Virus record (IMG/VR): IMGVR_UViG_3300048571_000088
Location: 1-64,000 of that record
Direction: 5' to 3' (one strand)
DNA: 64,000 nt
Under the pieces are notes generated by a model. The model worked only from the letters and a program-made list of their open reading frames with translations, was not told the origin of the DNA and searched no databases. Of the stretch, positions 23,657 to 33,923 are shown piece after piece. The position numbers and the translations under genes are program-made. How positions within the stretch are numbered: the first letter of the stretch is position 1; each line of letters starts with the position of its first letter.

Positions 23657-24625
23657 CAAATTCATCTAAAGATCTACCACCAATAATTAATTAAAATAGT
23701 ATCACCTAATTCAATCCCTAAATCCTGTTCAATAAAATACTGAGCAATAATAGGGAAATCACAAATTAACTCATGTAGTGTCATTTTCCAATATGAATTA
23801 TTATACAAGTTATCAGAGTCACCATAAATTCTAGAAACTTCTTTTTGTACTTCAATAGGACAATCAGACCATTGAGCATTAAGTACCCAAGTTTTAACTA
23901 AAGCTTTTGGTGTTTCTTTAGGATTAGGTGTATCATTATGTTTATGATGATAGGAACTAGTTTTTCCACACCATTTAATTAATTGATAGCCTGTATCTAA
24001 TAGTACTTGAAGTGGTGAGTTATTATATTTTTTAATTTCTTCTAACAAATCTTTAAAAGAAATATTATGTTTTTCACTATAAAATTTAATACTTTTTGAT
24101 AATTCTTTGATATCAAAAAACTTTTCTTCAATTTCTTCAAACATACTAGAAATAAATTCTAAATCAGGAAATTTACTTAATCTGACATAAGAAATATTCT
24201 GTGTATTTTTAGGAAATATAAAACCTGCTACTTGATAGTACTTATTAGTTTTAAGGTGTTTATTAGCTTCGTCTAATTGACTAGAAGTCCCACCTGTTCC
24301 TAAATATTTAACAACAGTTGTTTTATAATTAAGAATCATTTGTTATAGAGCCTCGTCTGAATTATTAGTACAAATAGGTTCATCCCATTTCAAATGACTC
24401 CCTTTACTTAATTGATACATAAAGTCATCAGTCTCATCTTTACTAGTAACTTGACGGCAACGATGAATTTCTACATAAGTATTATCTTCATCAAAATGAT
24501 AGCAAGGTTTTCCTGTAACAGGATGAATAAAATTATCTGATTTAACAGTATTAATTTTACGACCTGATTTAAAAGGCTTCCCTGTTAATTTAATAACTCT
24601 CAAAATAAACTCCTTTATACGTTTG

Positions 24626-24698
24626 TGCACAAGGCTGGGATCGAACCAGCGACAAACGAATTTTCAATCCGCTACTCTGCCGTCTGAGTTACTTGTGC
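24626..24698 (-). tRNA. tRNA-Phe(GAA)
   Basis: Canonical cloverleaf GCACAAG/CUUGUGC, loop UUGAAAA, T arm GGUUCGAUCCC. Confidence 0.9.
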
Positions 24699-25427
24699 TC
24701 ATAATCTACTTGTTTCGTAATAGAACCTTTACATTAGTGTGAGGTAGCCTATTGTTTTCCTACTAAATACTATACTTACTTTAAGTAGATTACTTAAACT
24801 TTATAATGATATGCAAAAATAAGGGGAAAATTATCTTTACGATCAATAAAGAAACTTAAAGATAAAATCTTTAATACTTCTTCTTGTTTTACACCTTCAA
24901 TAGGATAATTATCTACACAATAATATTTATAATTTTTAGTAATAAGACTAGTAATATTATTTTTAGAAATATCCATGACACCTTGTTTAAGATTCTTAAT
25001 CTGTTCCGCATAGTCTGGAAATTCATTATCAACAAATTCAAGACTGTGTAAATTAAAGGTTAAATCTGGATAGCAATAACTTGCAAATAAGTATTCATTT
25101 TTAAAAATTAAAGTATTATCAATACTACAATCATGACTATCTAAAAATTCTAAAACATCAGACCATGTCTCAAAAGAAATTGGTGTCTTATTAGTGGTAC
25201 TAATTGAATACATTAACCATCCCAACCTTCACTAGGAATTGGTGTTGGACGTGGTTTTGAACGATCTTTATTACTCATAATTCTTTCCTTTCTTTTAATT
25301 AAGAATTCTTTAGCTTCTTTTTGAATGATTTCTGTGGGTCGTATAGTACAGCCATCATACGATGAAGGATCTGTAAGTAAAACACTATGTGTTTGTTGTT
25401 TCATTTTTAATCCTTGTAGTATAAATT

Positions 25428-25483
25428 CAGAATACTTTTTGTTTTATAAACTATATAAATTTTAAATTTGCTGTTAGTATTCT
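25428..25483 (-). ncRNA. ACAGCAA module RNA, open form (copy B)
   Basis: UAA-AGAAUACU-AACAGCAA ... AGUAUUCU-G. Confidence 0.65.
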
Positions 25484-25490
25484 TTATGTA

Positions 25491-25566
25491 GTAGACGCTG
25501 GACTCGAGCCAGAAATACTATTTCGAGTGCACGATTATTAGTCGTGGCTACTAGGTTTACGTCTAT
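25491..25566 (-). pseudogene. Degenerate tRNA-like sequence (D arm lost)
   Basis: UAGACG/CGUCUA acceptor, CACGA-CUAAUAA-UCGUG arm, CUGG-CUCGAGU-CCAG T-like arm. Confidence 0.5.
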
Positions 25567-25788
25567 TTAAGATTAGTTAATACTTTTTATTTTATAATCT
25601 CTTCAAGGTAAAACCAATTATCTTCGTAATCATTAAATCTGCCACCGCCATTTAGAACATGTTGCATTCTATTTTCTGGTACGTCGCAAGCTAAAAGTTC
25701 TTCTTTTGTTGGTTTTTGCAGCCAACAATCAATAAAGTAATAGCCATGTTGATTATAATCATTTACAGCTTCTGTAAGAACCCAGACG

Positions 25789-26016
25789 TTAGTCATGTTC
25801 AAATTCTTCTGGTTCAGGGGCATTTCTGAGTTTGTATTTATAAACAGATTCAGTTAATGCTCTTTTAACTGTTCTTGGTAACTTACTAGTACGTTGCCTA
25901 ATAGTAGCTTTTGTTGTAACATTTCCTACCCATTCAGGTGGAATTTCTACAAGTTTCCCACGGCGTTTTCTGTACTTAGTGTTTTCTTCTGCTGAATTAG
26001 TTACCAATGAGGTCAT
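25789..26016 (-). CDS. Small basic protein, paralogous to the C-terminus of ORF 41471..41926
   Basis: YRKRRGKLVEIPPEWVGNVTTKATIRQR vs YRNRRGKLVQVPPKWVNNFTTKETIRQR. Confidence 0.7.
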   Translation of the reverse strand: MTSLVTNSAEENTKYRKRRGKLVEIPPEWVGNVTTKATIRQRTSKLPRTVKRALTESVYKYKLRNAPEPEEFEHD

Positions 26017-26376
26017 ACTCTTTCAGTCTCTCAATAAAATTATTAACACTTAGGTTGTTATTTTTACAATATAACTCAATTTCTTCAAATATTTCATCAA
26101 GCTCTAGTTCATGAATGTGAACTTCTTCAAACATTACTGTATTAAAAGTAATATCCCCAAAACCTTCTAGATAAACAATAGAACTCCAACCACCTACATC
26201 CAAACCAGTTACTTTATATACTTGATCTGCAACTAAGTGTTTATTTGCACGTTCGTTATCGAGTTCTGTGCCGTGTTTTCCTAAGTACTTCACTGTAGTA
26301 ACTCTATCACTAAGTTTCATTTATCTTCCTATGTTTATAATATAGTTTATTTAATTATATAAGTCAAAATTTAAGT

Positions 26377-26436
26377 CAGATTACATTCAATTATTAAATA
26401 AAAAGTTTAAATTTTGAAGGTTGCTGTTAGTAATCT
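26377..26436 (-). ncRNA. ACAGCAA module RNA, open form (copy C)
   Basis: UAA-AGAUUAC-UAACAGCAA ... GUAAUCU-G. Confidence 0.65.
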
Positions 26437-26441
26437 TTAAT

Positions 26442-26563
26442 TGGCCGAAAGAGTAGGATTTGAACCTACGTGTGCCGGTTCCCATTATAATATTTGCTGT
26501 TAATATTTTTTACAAAATATATTCATATATTACCGGTGCCTTACCAGACTTGGCTATCTTTCG
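26442..26563 (-). ncRNA. tRNA body (Pro-like) with permuted ACAGCAA module inserted in the anticodon loop (copy F)
   Basis: CGAAAGA/UCUUUCG-G-CCA acceptor; intact D and T arms; the CCGGU/ACCGG stem encloses AUAUUUU-GUAA-AAAAUAU-UAACAGCAA; the loop ends UGGGA. Confidence 0.8.
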
Positions 26564-27838
26564 ATTTATGTTTTATATTTAAAATGAATTACCTTATATA
26601 AAGCTAAAGTGTCAGTTAAGGGTGCTTTAAATAAATCTATCCCAAAAAGATTTTTTAGTTACTTTATTAGTGTGTATTATTGTATTAGTTTCTAGTATAT
26701 CTTCTTTTTGTTCTTTTATTTTAAAACTTTGAATAATCTGTTGTTGTTTTAAAGAAGCTTGTTTATTTTTTGCTAAAACGTAAGCAAGATAAATTTTTTC
26801 ACCTTGTTTTTCAGAAAAAACAGTCTCTCTTGACCCGCCAAAATAAACTTGAGTAATTGATTTATCTGCGATAGCTGACCAATATTCAATTTTAGGTTTA
26901 CATTTTATACTATAAAATGTAAAAGTTTCAAATACCCATTCATGAGAGTTATTAATTAAACTATCACAAAGTTTTTCTACAGTTTCGTCCATTACAGAAT
27001 AATCTAACATTTTAAAAAGTCATCCAATCAATAAATTTATTTTTAAAAGATTTTTTAATAGTTGTTTGTGGTTTAGTCTCTAATTGTTCGATAAAAATCG
27101 TTTCCTTTTGAATAGATTGATCTTTGTCTTTTCTGTGACTTAAAGAGCTAGGAGTAATATAAATAGAACTTAACCAAGTTTCAAACCAGTTGTAATATTT
27201 TTGATAACGCTCATCAAATAAAATATCTGCTTTAAATAACATTCCTTTTTGAATATCTTCTTTCCACATAGAAAGAGTAATATCCATATTGTGTTTACAC
27301 CAATAGAAACCATTGTTAGTGTTAATTGGTACACCAGAGCTTTCATGATTGTACATTAAAAGCTCATCTTCTTTAGTATAAGTTAATTTTGAATTATTAT
27401 CCATTTTAAATAGTAGATAGATATCCTTCATAAATAACCAATCACTAGAAGGTTTTTTAGCGTATTTAAAAATCTCTAGATCTTTGATATACGCAGATAA
27501 AGATTTTTTAGTGTATATATTTGAAATAATACAATAAGGGTTTTCATCGTATTGTAATTGTTCTACTAAAGATAAATTATCAAAATTTTCTTGCTCAAGT
27601 AAATAAGGCGTAGAGTAGTCTTTATTTTTATATACTAGTTTCATATTATTAAAAAAACTCTGCATCTTCAACAGTCGGAGCTTGAATAAACTCTAAAATA
27701 AGTTCAGAAGCTTGTTCAGAACTAACAATGTTATGATTACTACTAGCAGTTATAGAATCAATGGCGCAGTTATTTTCTGCTAAATATTCTTGAAGTGTTT
27801 TAATATAGGACATTTTAATACCAAATTTAATTGAATTG

Positions 27839-27958
27839 TCAGAACGGCAGGGTTCGAACCTACGTCTCTATCTCCCAAAGATAATGTTTAAGAGTTGCTG
27901 TTTGTATTCTTTACAGAATAACTTAACTAAGCGCTTTAACCGACTAAGCTACGTTCTG
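27839..27958 (-). ncRNA. tRNA-Pro(UGG) body with permuted ACAGCAA module inserted 5' of the anticodon arm (copy G)
   Basis: CAGAACG/CGUUCUG acceptor; D arm; insert containing UAUUCU-GUAA-AGAAUA-CAAACAGCAA; then UAUC-UUUGGGA-GAUA and the T arm. Confidence 0.8.
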
Positions 27959-28009
27959 AATGATTTACTATGTTTCTTTATAATTGTTTACTTCTATTAA
28001 GTAGTAAAT

Positions 28010-28083
28010 TGGTTGGACTGGAAGGTACTGACCCTTCTTCAACAGATTAAAAGTCTATTGCATCACCTTAATGCTTCAATCCA
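28010..28083 (-). tRNA. tRNA-Lys(UUU)
   Basis: UGGAUUG/CAGUCCA-A-CCA, AUAGA-CUUUUAA-UCUGU; atypical T loop GUCAGUA. Confidence 0.8.
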
Positions 28084-29813
28084 AAAATGCTTGAACTCAC
28101 AAGCTGTTAAGTCCTATTGTAAAATAAATTACAATCCCTTAAATCTTATAGTAACTACTTTAGTGTATACATAATGCTCTACAATAATTTACTATCACGT
28201 ATACGTCATAAACCTACATGCTGATAATAGTAATATATTTTAGAAGTTCTATTGTGTCTTGAGTTACGGAAGGCTTGTCGTCTACGCATACAGCCATTTT
28301 AATTTGTTTGTTGAGACATTCTTAAGGCAGCAATAATACCATCAATATGTGAAATATCACAAGAAAATAATCTATCCATTCCATAATGCTGTACTGGACC
28401 ATCATATACATGAATAATATTATCTTTTTGATATACATACCAACCAGCTCTTTTAGCTACTTTAATACCAACACCACCAAACGGATCAGGAAAAGTTTCT
28501 CCTTTATGAAAAACCCACTTTTCAAGAAGGATGCGCATATCATAATATTCATCTTGTGTCATGTTTAATCCTTATTAACTACTTTAAAAAATAAATTTTC
28601 ATCTATAATATTAGAATGTAAATAAAGACGTAAGTTATCTGGAAGATTACTAGCACAGGCTAAATGCACTTGAAACGCTCGATCTACCATATCCCACTTA
28701 TAAAAAGCATAAATATCTTTGACATCTAAAACTACATCATATACGTAGTGAGCATCACACCCAAAAGTAAATTCTAAAGCATTTTCAAAATTAGTAATAA
28801 AGTCTTTAGATTCCTGATCTTCAAATAGATCTTTCATAATCCAACGTTTAATCATTGTAGCTTCTTTATAGTTATTTATTTAATAAGACTGTATAAATTT
28901 TAATAATATTTTTTAAGTTGTCATAGTGTCCGATTAGTTTTAGTTTCTTAGTGTTACTAATAAAACTTCCTTTACCATGCTTGGAATCTAATTTATTTCT
29001 ATCAAAGGGAGAAAATTCAAACTTCATATCTAATTTTGAATTTTTAAATTCTTTTCTAATTGTAAAATCAATATCATTTAATTCAGCTTTAGTATAATAC
29101 AATCTACATCTTTGTTTAAATCTTTGTATTGCATGGTTTGTTACAAATACTTTTTCAGTATTTGTTATATGAAATCTAACTTGATGCATACAGAATCCTT
29201 TTATACTTATTGTGTTATTGACTTGTAAGTAAAATTAATGCCAAGGAATTAAAGTTTCATATTTAAAATTTATTTGTCGCTCAGGTACTAAATCATTTAA
29301 AAATGTAATGTTATTAAGATTAAGTACAGCAGTAGGCAAACCATGCATATCTAGGTTCCAATCTACAAAAGTATTTGGAATTTGTTGTGCAGTAGACTCT
29401 ATTGTTAGTGTGCCAGTTTTTAGTTTTGAATCAAACTCAAGCATGTGACAACTCAAGTTAATACCATCTTTTCTAAGGCGTATGAAAGAACCTGCTAGTT
29501 TTGTATATTGTTGTTTCATATTAATCCTTTATTTTAAAAGTAAAAAGGTGGATGTACAAGAAGTACAATTAATCATTTTCCAAAATAAACAAGTTTTAAA
29601 ATAAGAAGAATACATATTTAAAATAGCTTTATCTTGTACTACATTAGTATCTTCATTCTTACAATAGACACACATATAGTTTGGATCTACTTCTGGTTTT
29701 GTTCTGCCAAAAGGAGAAGGTTTCCAGTTTTCTAGAGAGTAGTATTGAAAAGATACTTGAAGTACTTCATTAGGTTTTGGTAAATACATAATTAAACCTT
29801 ATTATATAAATTG

Positions 29814-29898
29814 TCCTTCCTCTCGGACTCGAACCGAGACTGCCTTTCGGCGCAGGTTTATGAAACCTGTGGATTTAAACCAATTCTCCCAAGGAAGG
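29814..29898 (-). tRNA. tRNA with CAU anticodon (Met/Ile2) and long variable arm
   Basis: CCUUCCU/AGGAAGG-A, CAGGU-UUCAUAA-ACCUG, extra arm GCC-GAAA-GGC, canonical T arm. Confidence 0.85.
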
Positions 29899-30596
29899 AA
29901 TAAAAATAATTATTTAATAACAATAAATCATAGAACCACTATTTCAATATTGTTATTACAGGTTAATTGGAACCTCCAGTTTTTAATTAACTTCATCATA
30001 ATCTTGGTACTGCAACCAACGGTAGGTGCTAATTAAAGCTTCTTACATTCGTAGCCTACTTCCGAACTACTACCCAAGTGGCTAATTGGGAGGTCATGAT
30101 TTTAATTTAAAATATTTTATAAATCTTCTTTTTTAACTACTTTAAAATGATCTTCATCGTATAATTGATTTTTATAATTAATTTCATTCTGTATTTTAGT
30201 CTCTTTCGTATGGTCTGTCATAAGCCTATTATACAAATAAATGGCACTTGGCTTATCATATTTTAAAAATGACTTAGACATATTTCTACTCCAAGAATAA
30301 GATAAAGTCCAAAAATCTACATAACCATAATCAATATAACGTCCAAGGTAAGCAACTGAATAAAATTCCCCTCTATTAATAATAGTTGGAATTTTTGGAT
30401 CAATATTTTGTAATTCTTGCGGTATAAAGTTTTCTTTTTTATCGGAATACTTTTTTACTGCCAGTAATATCAGAAATAAAACAAGAATGAGGAAAGCTAA
30501 AGTACACATTATTTTAATCCTTGCATAAAAGTTTAAGAAGTAAAGAATAGTATTGGATTGTTCGGTACATGTTAATAATCTTTGAACTACTTTTAA

Positions 30597-30717
30597 CAGA
30601 TTAGTATTTTTATCAAGTGGATTCGAACCACTGCCTTTTTTGAGTCAACAAAAACGCTCTAACCTCTAAGCTATGTTCCCTAATGGCGGGAAAGTTTAAA
30701 TTTGCTGTTACTAATCT
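30597..30717 (-). ncRNA. ACAGCAA module RNA, open form enclosing tRNA D, anticodon and T arms (copy D)
   Basis: UAA-AGAUUAGUA-ACAGCAA ... UAGCUUAGAGGUUAGAGC ... AGUGG-UUCGAAU-CCACU ... UACUAAUCU-G; no acceptor stem or CCA. Confidence 0.8.
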
Positions 30718-30723
30718 TTAATG

Positions 30724-31296
30724 TTATTTAATAGAGTTTGCACTAACAAACATATAAATAATATTCATTTCTAGTTCATCAATCAGATTATGAGCTTGGT
30801 TGATTAGCCTGTATTTAATTACTTCTCTGACTTCCATAAGAACAGAACCTAAAAAATTAAGTCCATTCCATTGGTTTGAATCTAAAATTAAAGGATCATC
30901 TGCGGAAAGACCTACACCCCAAATACAATCTACAGGGGATGCCTCTACAAGAAATAAACCATCAGTATCTGACAGTTTTTTTGTTAAATCTTTGTCAGTA
31001 GTAAATTTAAGATAATTTACTTCGTACATTATTTGATAACTTACTTTAGACCATTCTGTGTCTGAATAATTCTTTACGTTTCTTCCTAGTCTTTTAGCAG
31101 TATAAGGATCTTCTGCCTCGTGAATCAATCTCATACTTTCTGTATCTTTAAAGAATTCAGCTTTACGGTACATAAACATATGTTCTGTAGTATAGAAAGT
31201 TAATCCGTTATAGATAATTCCTTTAGGAATATCATGAAAATTACTAAGAAAATTTGTTAAGAAGTAATAATGAGTATCTGTTTTTAAATTATTCAT
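30724..31296 (-). CDS. NADAR (YbiA-like) family protein
   Basis: FLSNFH, TTEHMFMYRKA, AKRLGR, LVEASPVDCIWGVG and GLNFLGSVLMEVRE. Confidence 0.92.
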   Translation of the reverse strand: MNNLKTDTHYYFLTNFLSNFHDIPKGIIYNGLTFYTTEHMFMYRKAEFFKDTESMRLIHEAEDPYTAKRLGRNVKNYSDTEWSKVSYQIMYEVNYLKFTTDKDLTKKLSDTDGLFLVEASPVDCIWGVGLSADDPLILDSNQWNGLNFLGSVLMEVREVIKYRLINQAHNLIDELEMNIIYMFVSANSIK

Positions 31297-31996
31297 TTTC
31301 TGTTTCTAGAATTAAGTTATTAGTTGCTTGATTAAAATTATAAAGTAGACGATCTAAACCAAAAGCAATCTCCAGTACAAAATGATCAGAAGAAAAATCA
31401 GTTCGTTTTGAAACAGAGCAAACTTCCATCCATTTGTCACCATTGTTTACTTCAATATCTAAAGTATTTAAGGAATAAGAAGGTAATCTATCACTAGTAA
31501 CAATACGAGTTGGTAGTTTTAATAGTTCAAGTACTAGATTACCTAAGTCTTTAATAACATTTTCTTGATATTCATTTTTCGTACTAATTGAATAAATACA
31601 TTGAAATTCAAGTTGAAAAAACTCTTTAAATCGACAATGTTTTGTTGCTTGGTCTTGTTCTTTACGGAAAGACTTTGAAGCTTGAAAAACACACAAAGGT
31701 GGTTTGTGACTTAAAGTTAATAATTGGTTTGCATACGCATAGCTTAAAGCAGTTGTTTCTGGCTTTAAAGATAATGTATCTGAAATTTTAAAATAATCAG
31801 ACTCTGAATACTCAGGGTTAATTTGATCATTACTAATCAAACAACTCCCTTCAATCTCATGAAAACCCCAAGCTTTATTTTGACTACGTAAGATGTTTTT
31901 AACACCTAAAGTAATAAATTGTTTGATAAAGTTTCGAATTAAAATATCTTTTTCATTGTAAGCAACAATGCCATTAGTATTTGTCAAACTAAGCAC
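31289..31996 (-). CDS. Truncated class II aminoacyl-tRNA synthetase catalytic domain (GlyRS-like)
   Basis: LKPETT, motif 2 KSFRKE...RFKEFFQLEFQ, YS..TLDIE, WMEVCSVSKRTD, motif 3 LEIAFGLDRL; the protein ends shortly after motif 3. Confidence 0.8.
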   Translation of the reverse strand: MLSLTNTNGIVAYNEKDILIRNFIKQFITLGVKNILRSQNKAWGFHEIEGSCLISNDQINPEYSESDYFKISDTLSLKPETTALSYAYANQLLTLSHKPPLCVFQASKSFRKEQDQATKHCRFKEFFQLEFQCIYSISTKNEYQENVIKDLGNLVLELLKLPTRIVTSDRLPSYSLNTLDIEVNNGDKWMEVCSVSKRTDFSSDHFVLEIAFGLDRLLYNFNQATNNLILETENE

Positions 31997-32550
31997 GGTA
32001 AGTCCTTTAATTGTTTATCTATTTTACATAGTTCTTGTAATAACAGTGCAACTTTGTTTTGTAAAGTATCAATTTGTTTTTCAGTTGTATTATATTTAGA
32101 AACTAAATATTCACAATACTCTTTTAAAACTTCAACACTGTCTTGATCTCCGTACAAATAACTTTTAATTGTATTTGGGTCGAAATAATGTGCTGTTACT
32201 TCAGATAACACACCTGTTTTGTAATCTATCTCGTAAGTAGGAATACTAATTAACGGTTTATAAAAGTCTGTTAGATCTTTTAAAATCTGAATGTGTGCTT
32301 CTGGTGTGGTGTTGTACTCATCTAGTATGATAATCCTACTAAGTGGATTAGTGTCAGACGAAAGATCAATATCTTTTGTCATTGAAACAGGTACAATACC
32401 TAATTCTTTTAATCGTGTTGAATACAAATTTAAATATTTTTGTAATTCTAGAACAAATTTACTTAAGAGTTTCTGGTCGGTGTATTTTAAATAAATTTTA
32501 TGTTTTTGTTTGTATTTGTACATATAGAATCTCAAATAAAAATAATAAAC

Positions 32551-32776
32551 TAGGTAGGAGCCACGAGTAAACATAAGGGACTAAACCCTATGAACAAATA
32601 ACGTGGATTTGTTAAACTATGAAAATTAAACATTAATAATTTTAAACTTTTTAATGTAAAATTTAAGCTGTAAACTGTTCTTATTTTTGGGTATTTAACA
32701 TACCAGCACATGCGTAAGAAAAGCTTATTTTAAGACTTGCTTGTAGTCTTTTTAGTTTTAATGTTTGCCCTACCTA
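32551..32776 (-). ncRNA. Candidate structured RNA downstream of the coiled-coil gene
   Basis: Terminal pairing UAGGUAGG/CCUACCUA, inner CCACG/CGUGG and AGGG/CCCU stems, and a central ~7-nt periodic AU-rich tract. Confidence 0.55.
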
Positions 32777-32838
32777 ATTTATTGGTTGTTTCTTAGCCGG
32801 TTAAAACTAAGAAACAAAAGATAGTTTGTTTATATCAG

Positions 32839-33459
32839 TCAATAAGTAATTGAAGTTGTAACATTCATTTCACTAAGAATAGTATCAACTTCATGAGTTA
32901 AATAATTAATCTCATCACTGACTTCTTTTAATAAAACAGCAGGAGTTTTATTTTTACTTGAAGTAATAACTGAAGCACCGTACAAAGAAGTAAGACTAGT
33001 CAGAATTAGTTCTTTTTGTTGGGCGTCTGCTACAGTTCTCAGGTTTGCTTCAATCTGCTCGGATGCACGATTAACAATATGTTGAGCAGTAGACATTTGT
33101 TTCTGAAGAATTAAAAGAAACTCGCGGCGCAAATCTAGTGTCTGTTTAATAGCTAAAAGATGAGTGATACTTACTTCTTCATTTCCAAACATAACTTTAG
33201 TTTGAAGATTACTTGTTGCAATTGCTACTTGTAATTTAGAAAGTAAAGCTAGAGAACTGAAAACACTGTCTGTATCTGATTGAAGGCGAGCACGAAGTTC
33301 TTCTTCTGTTTTAAATTCAGATTTAGTCGGTTTGTTATTACTACCTTCAAGTGTTGCAATAAATAAAGGATTAGACACACCTGAAAAAGTTGTACTAAGT
33401 TCTTGTTTAATTTTTTTAATTAGTGATAAAGCACGATGGATTGTAATTGTTGTTGACAT
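32839..33459 (-). CDS. Helical-hairpin coiled-coil protein (DIP1984-like)
   Basis: ITIHRAL..., LQVAIATSNLQTKV, SITHLLA, EVDTILSEMNVTTSI pattern. Confidence 0.5.
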   Translation of the reverse strand: MSTTITIHRALSLIKKIKQELSTTFSGVSNPLFIATLEGSNNKPTKSEFKTEEELRARLQSDTDSVFSSLALLSKLQVAIATSNLQTKVMFGNEEVSITHLLAIKQTLDLRREFLLILQKQMSTAQHIVNRASEQIEANLRTVADAQQKELILTSLTSLYGASVITSSKNKTPAVLLKEVSDEINYLTHEVDTILSEMNVTTSITY

Positions 33460-33476
33460 TTTTAATACCTGACGAG

Positions 33477-33917
33477 TTAAGAATTTTTAAATAATTTTAA
33501 GTGTTTTGTAATTGCATCGATCTTGTCATCTGAGCAAGGACCAATAGCTACTACTGTAGGAGTTTTAATACCGTTAAATACAGTGTGTCCATTATCTACG
33601 ATATAAGAACAAGGTAACTTAGCTTCTAAGGCTTTGTTATAAAGACTGAGTAATTCTTCTTCACTGTTTACAGTAAGACAAACTTTCTTTTGTTCACCTG
33701 TTAGCCAGATATGTAAAGCATCACTTGAATAGCAATCTAACTCTCGAAAAACAGCATAAGAGTCAGGAGATTCGTCTTCACCTTCTGTATAAGAATACAT
33801 TAAATTAGTAATAGCTGTAAGAGATCCGTGAGCAACTTGAGCTGCAACTTTACCAACAGGCATATTAAGGTCAGAACGAATTAAGATTACTTGCTTAGTT
33901 TTCATTTTTATTTTCAT
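33477..33917 (-). CDS. pth2: Peptidyl-tRNA hydrolase, Pth2 type
   Basis: KQVILIRSDLNMPVGKVAAQVAH, QKKVCL, IVDNGHT, TVVAIGP and IDAITKHLKL. Confidence 0.92.
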   Translation of the reverse strand: MKIKMKTKQVILIRSDLNMPVGKVAAQVAHGSLTAITNLMYSYTEGEDESPDSYAVFRELDCYSSDALHIWLTGEQKKVCLTVNSEEELLSLYNKALEAKLPCSYIVDNGHTVFNGIKTPTVVAIGPCSDDKIDAITKHLKLFKNS

Positions 33918-33923
33918 TTTATA

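Noticed and set aside
24343-24630. GTG start of this ORF within tRNA-Phe
   Set aside because: The start overlaps the tRNA 3' end; the true start is uncertain, so it was not listed as a feature.
26442-27958. tRNA inserts as group I/II introns or archaeal BHB introns
   Set aside because: Only ~45-50 nt, with no catalytic core elements and no clear bulge-helix-bulge.
28085-28298. Intergenic region upstream of tRNA-Lys with scattered small stems
   Set aside because: Pairings are short and AT-rich; not distinguishable from chance by eye.
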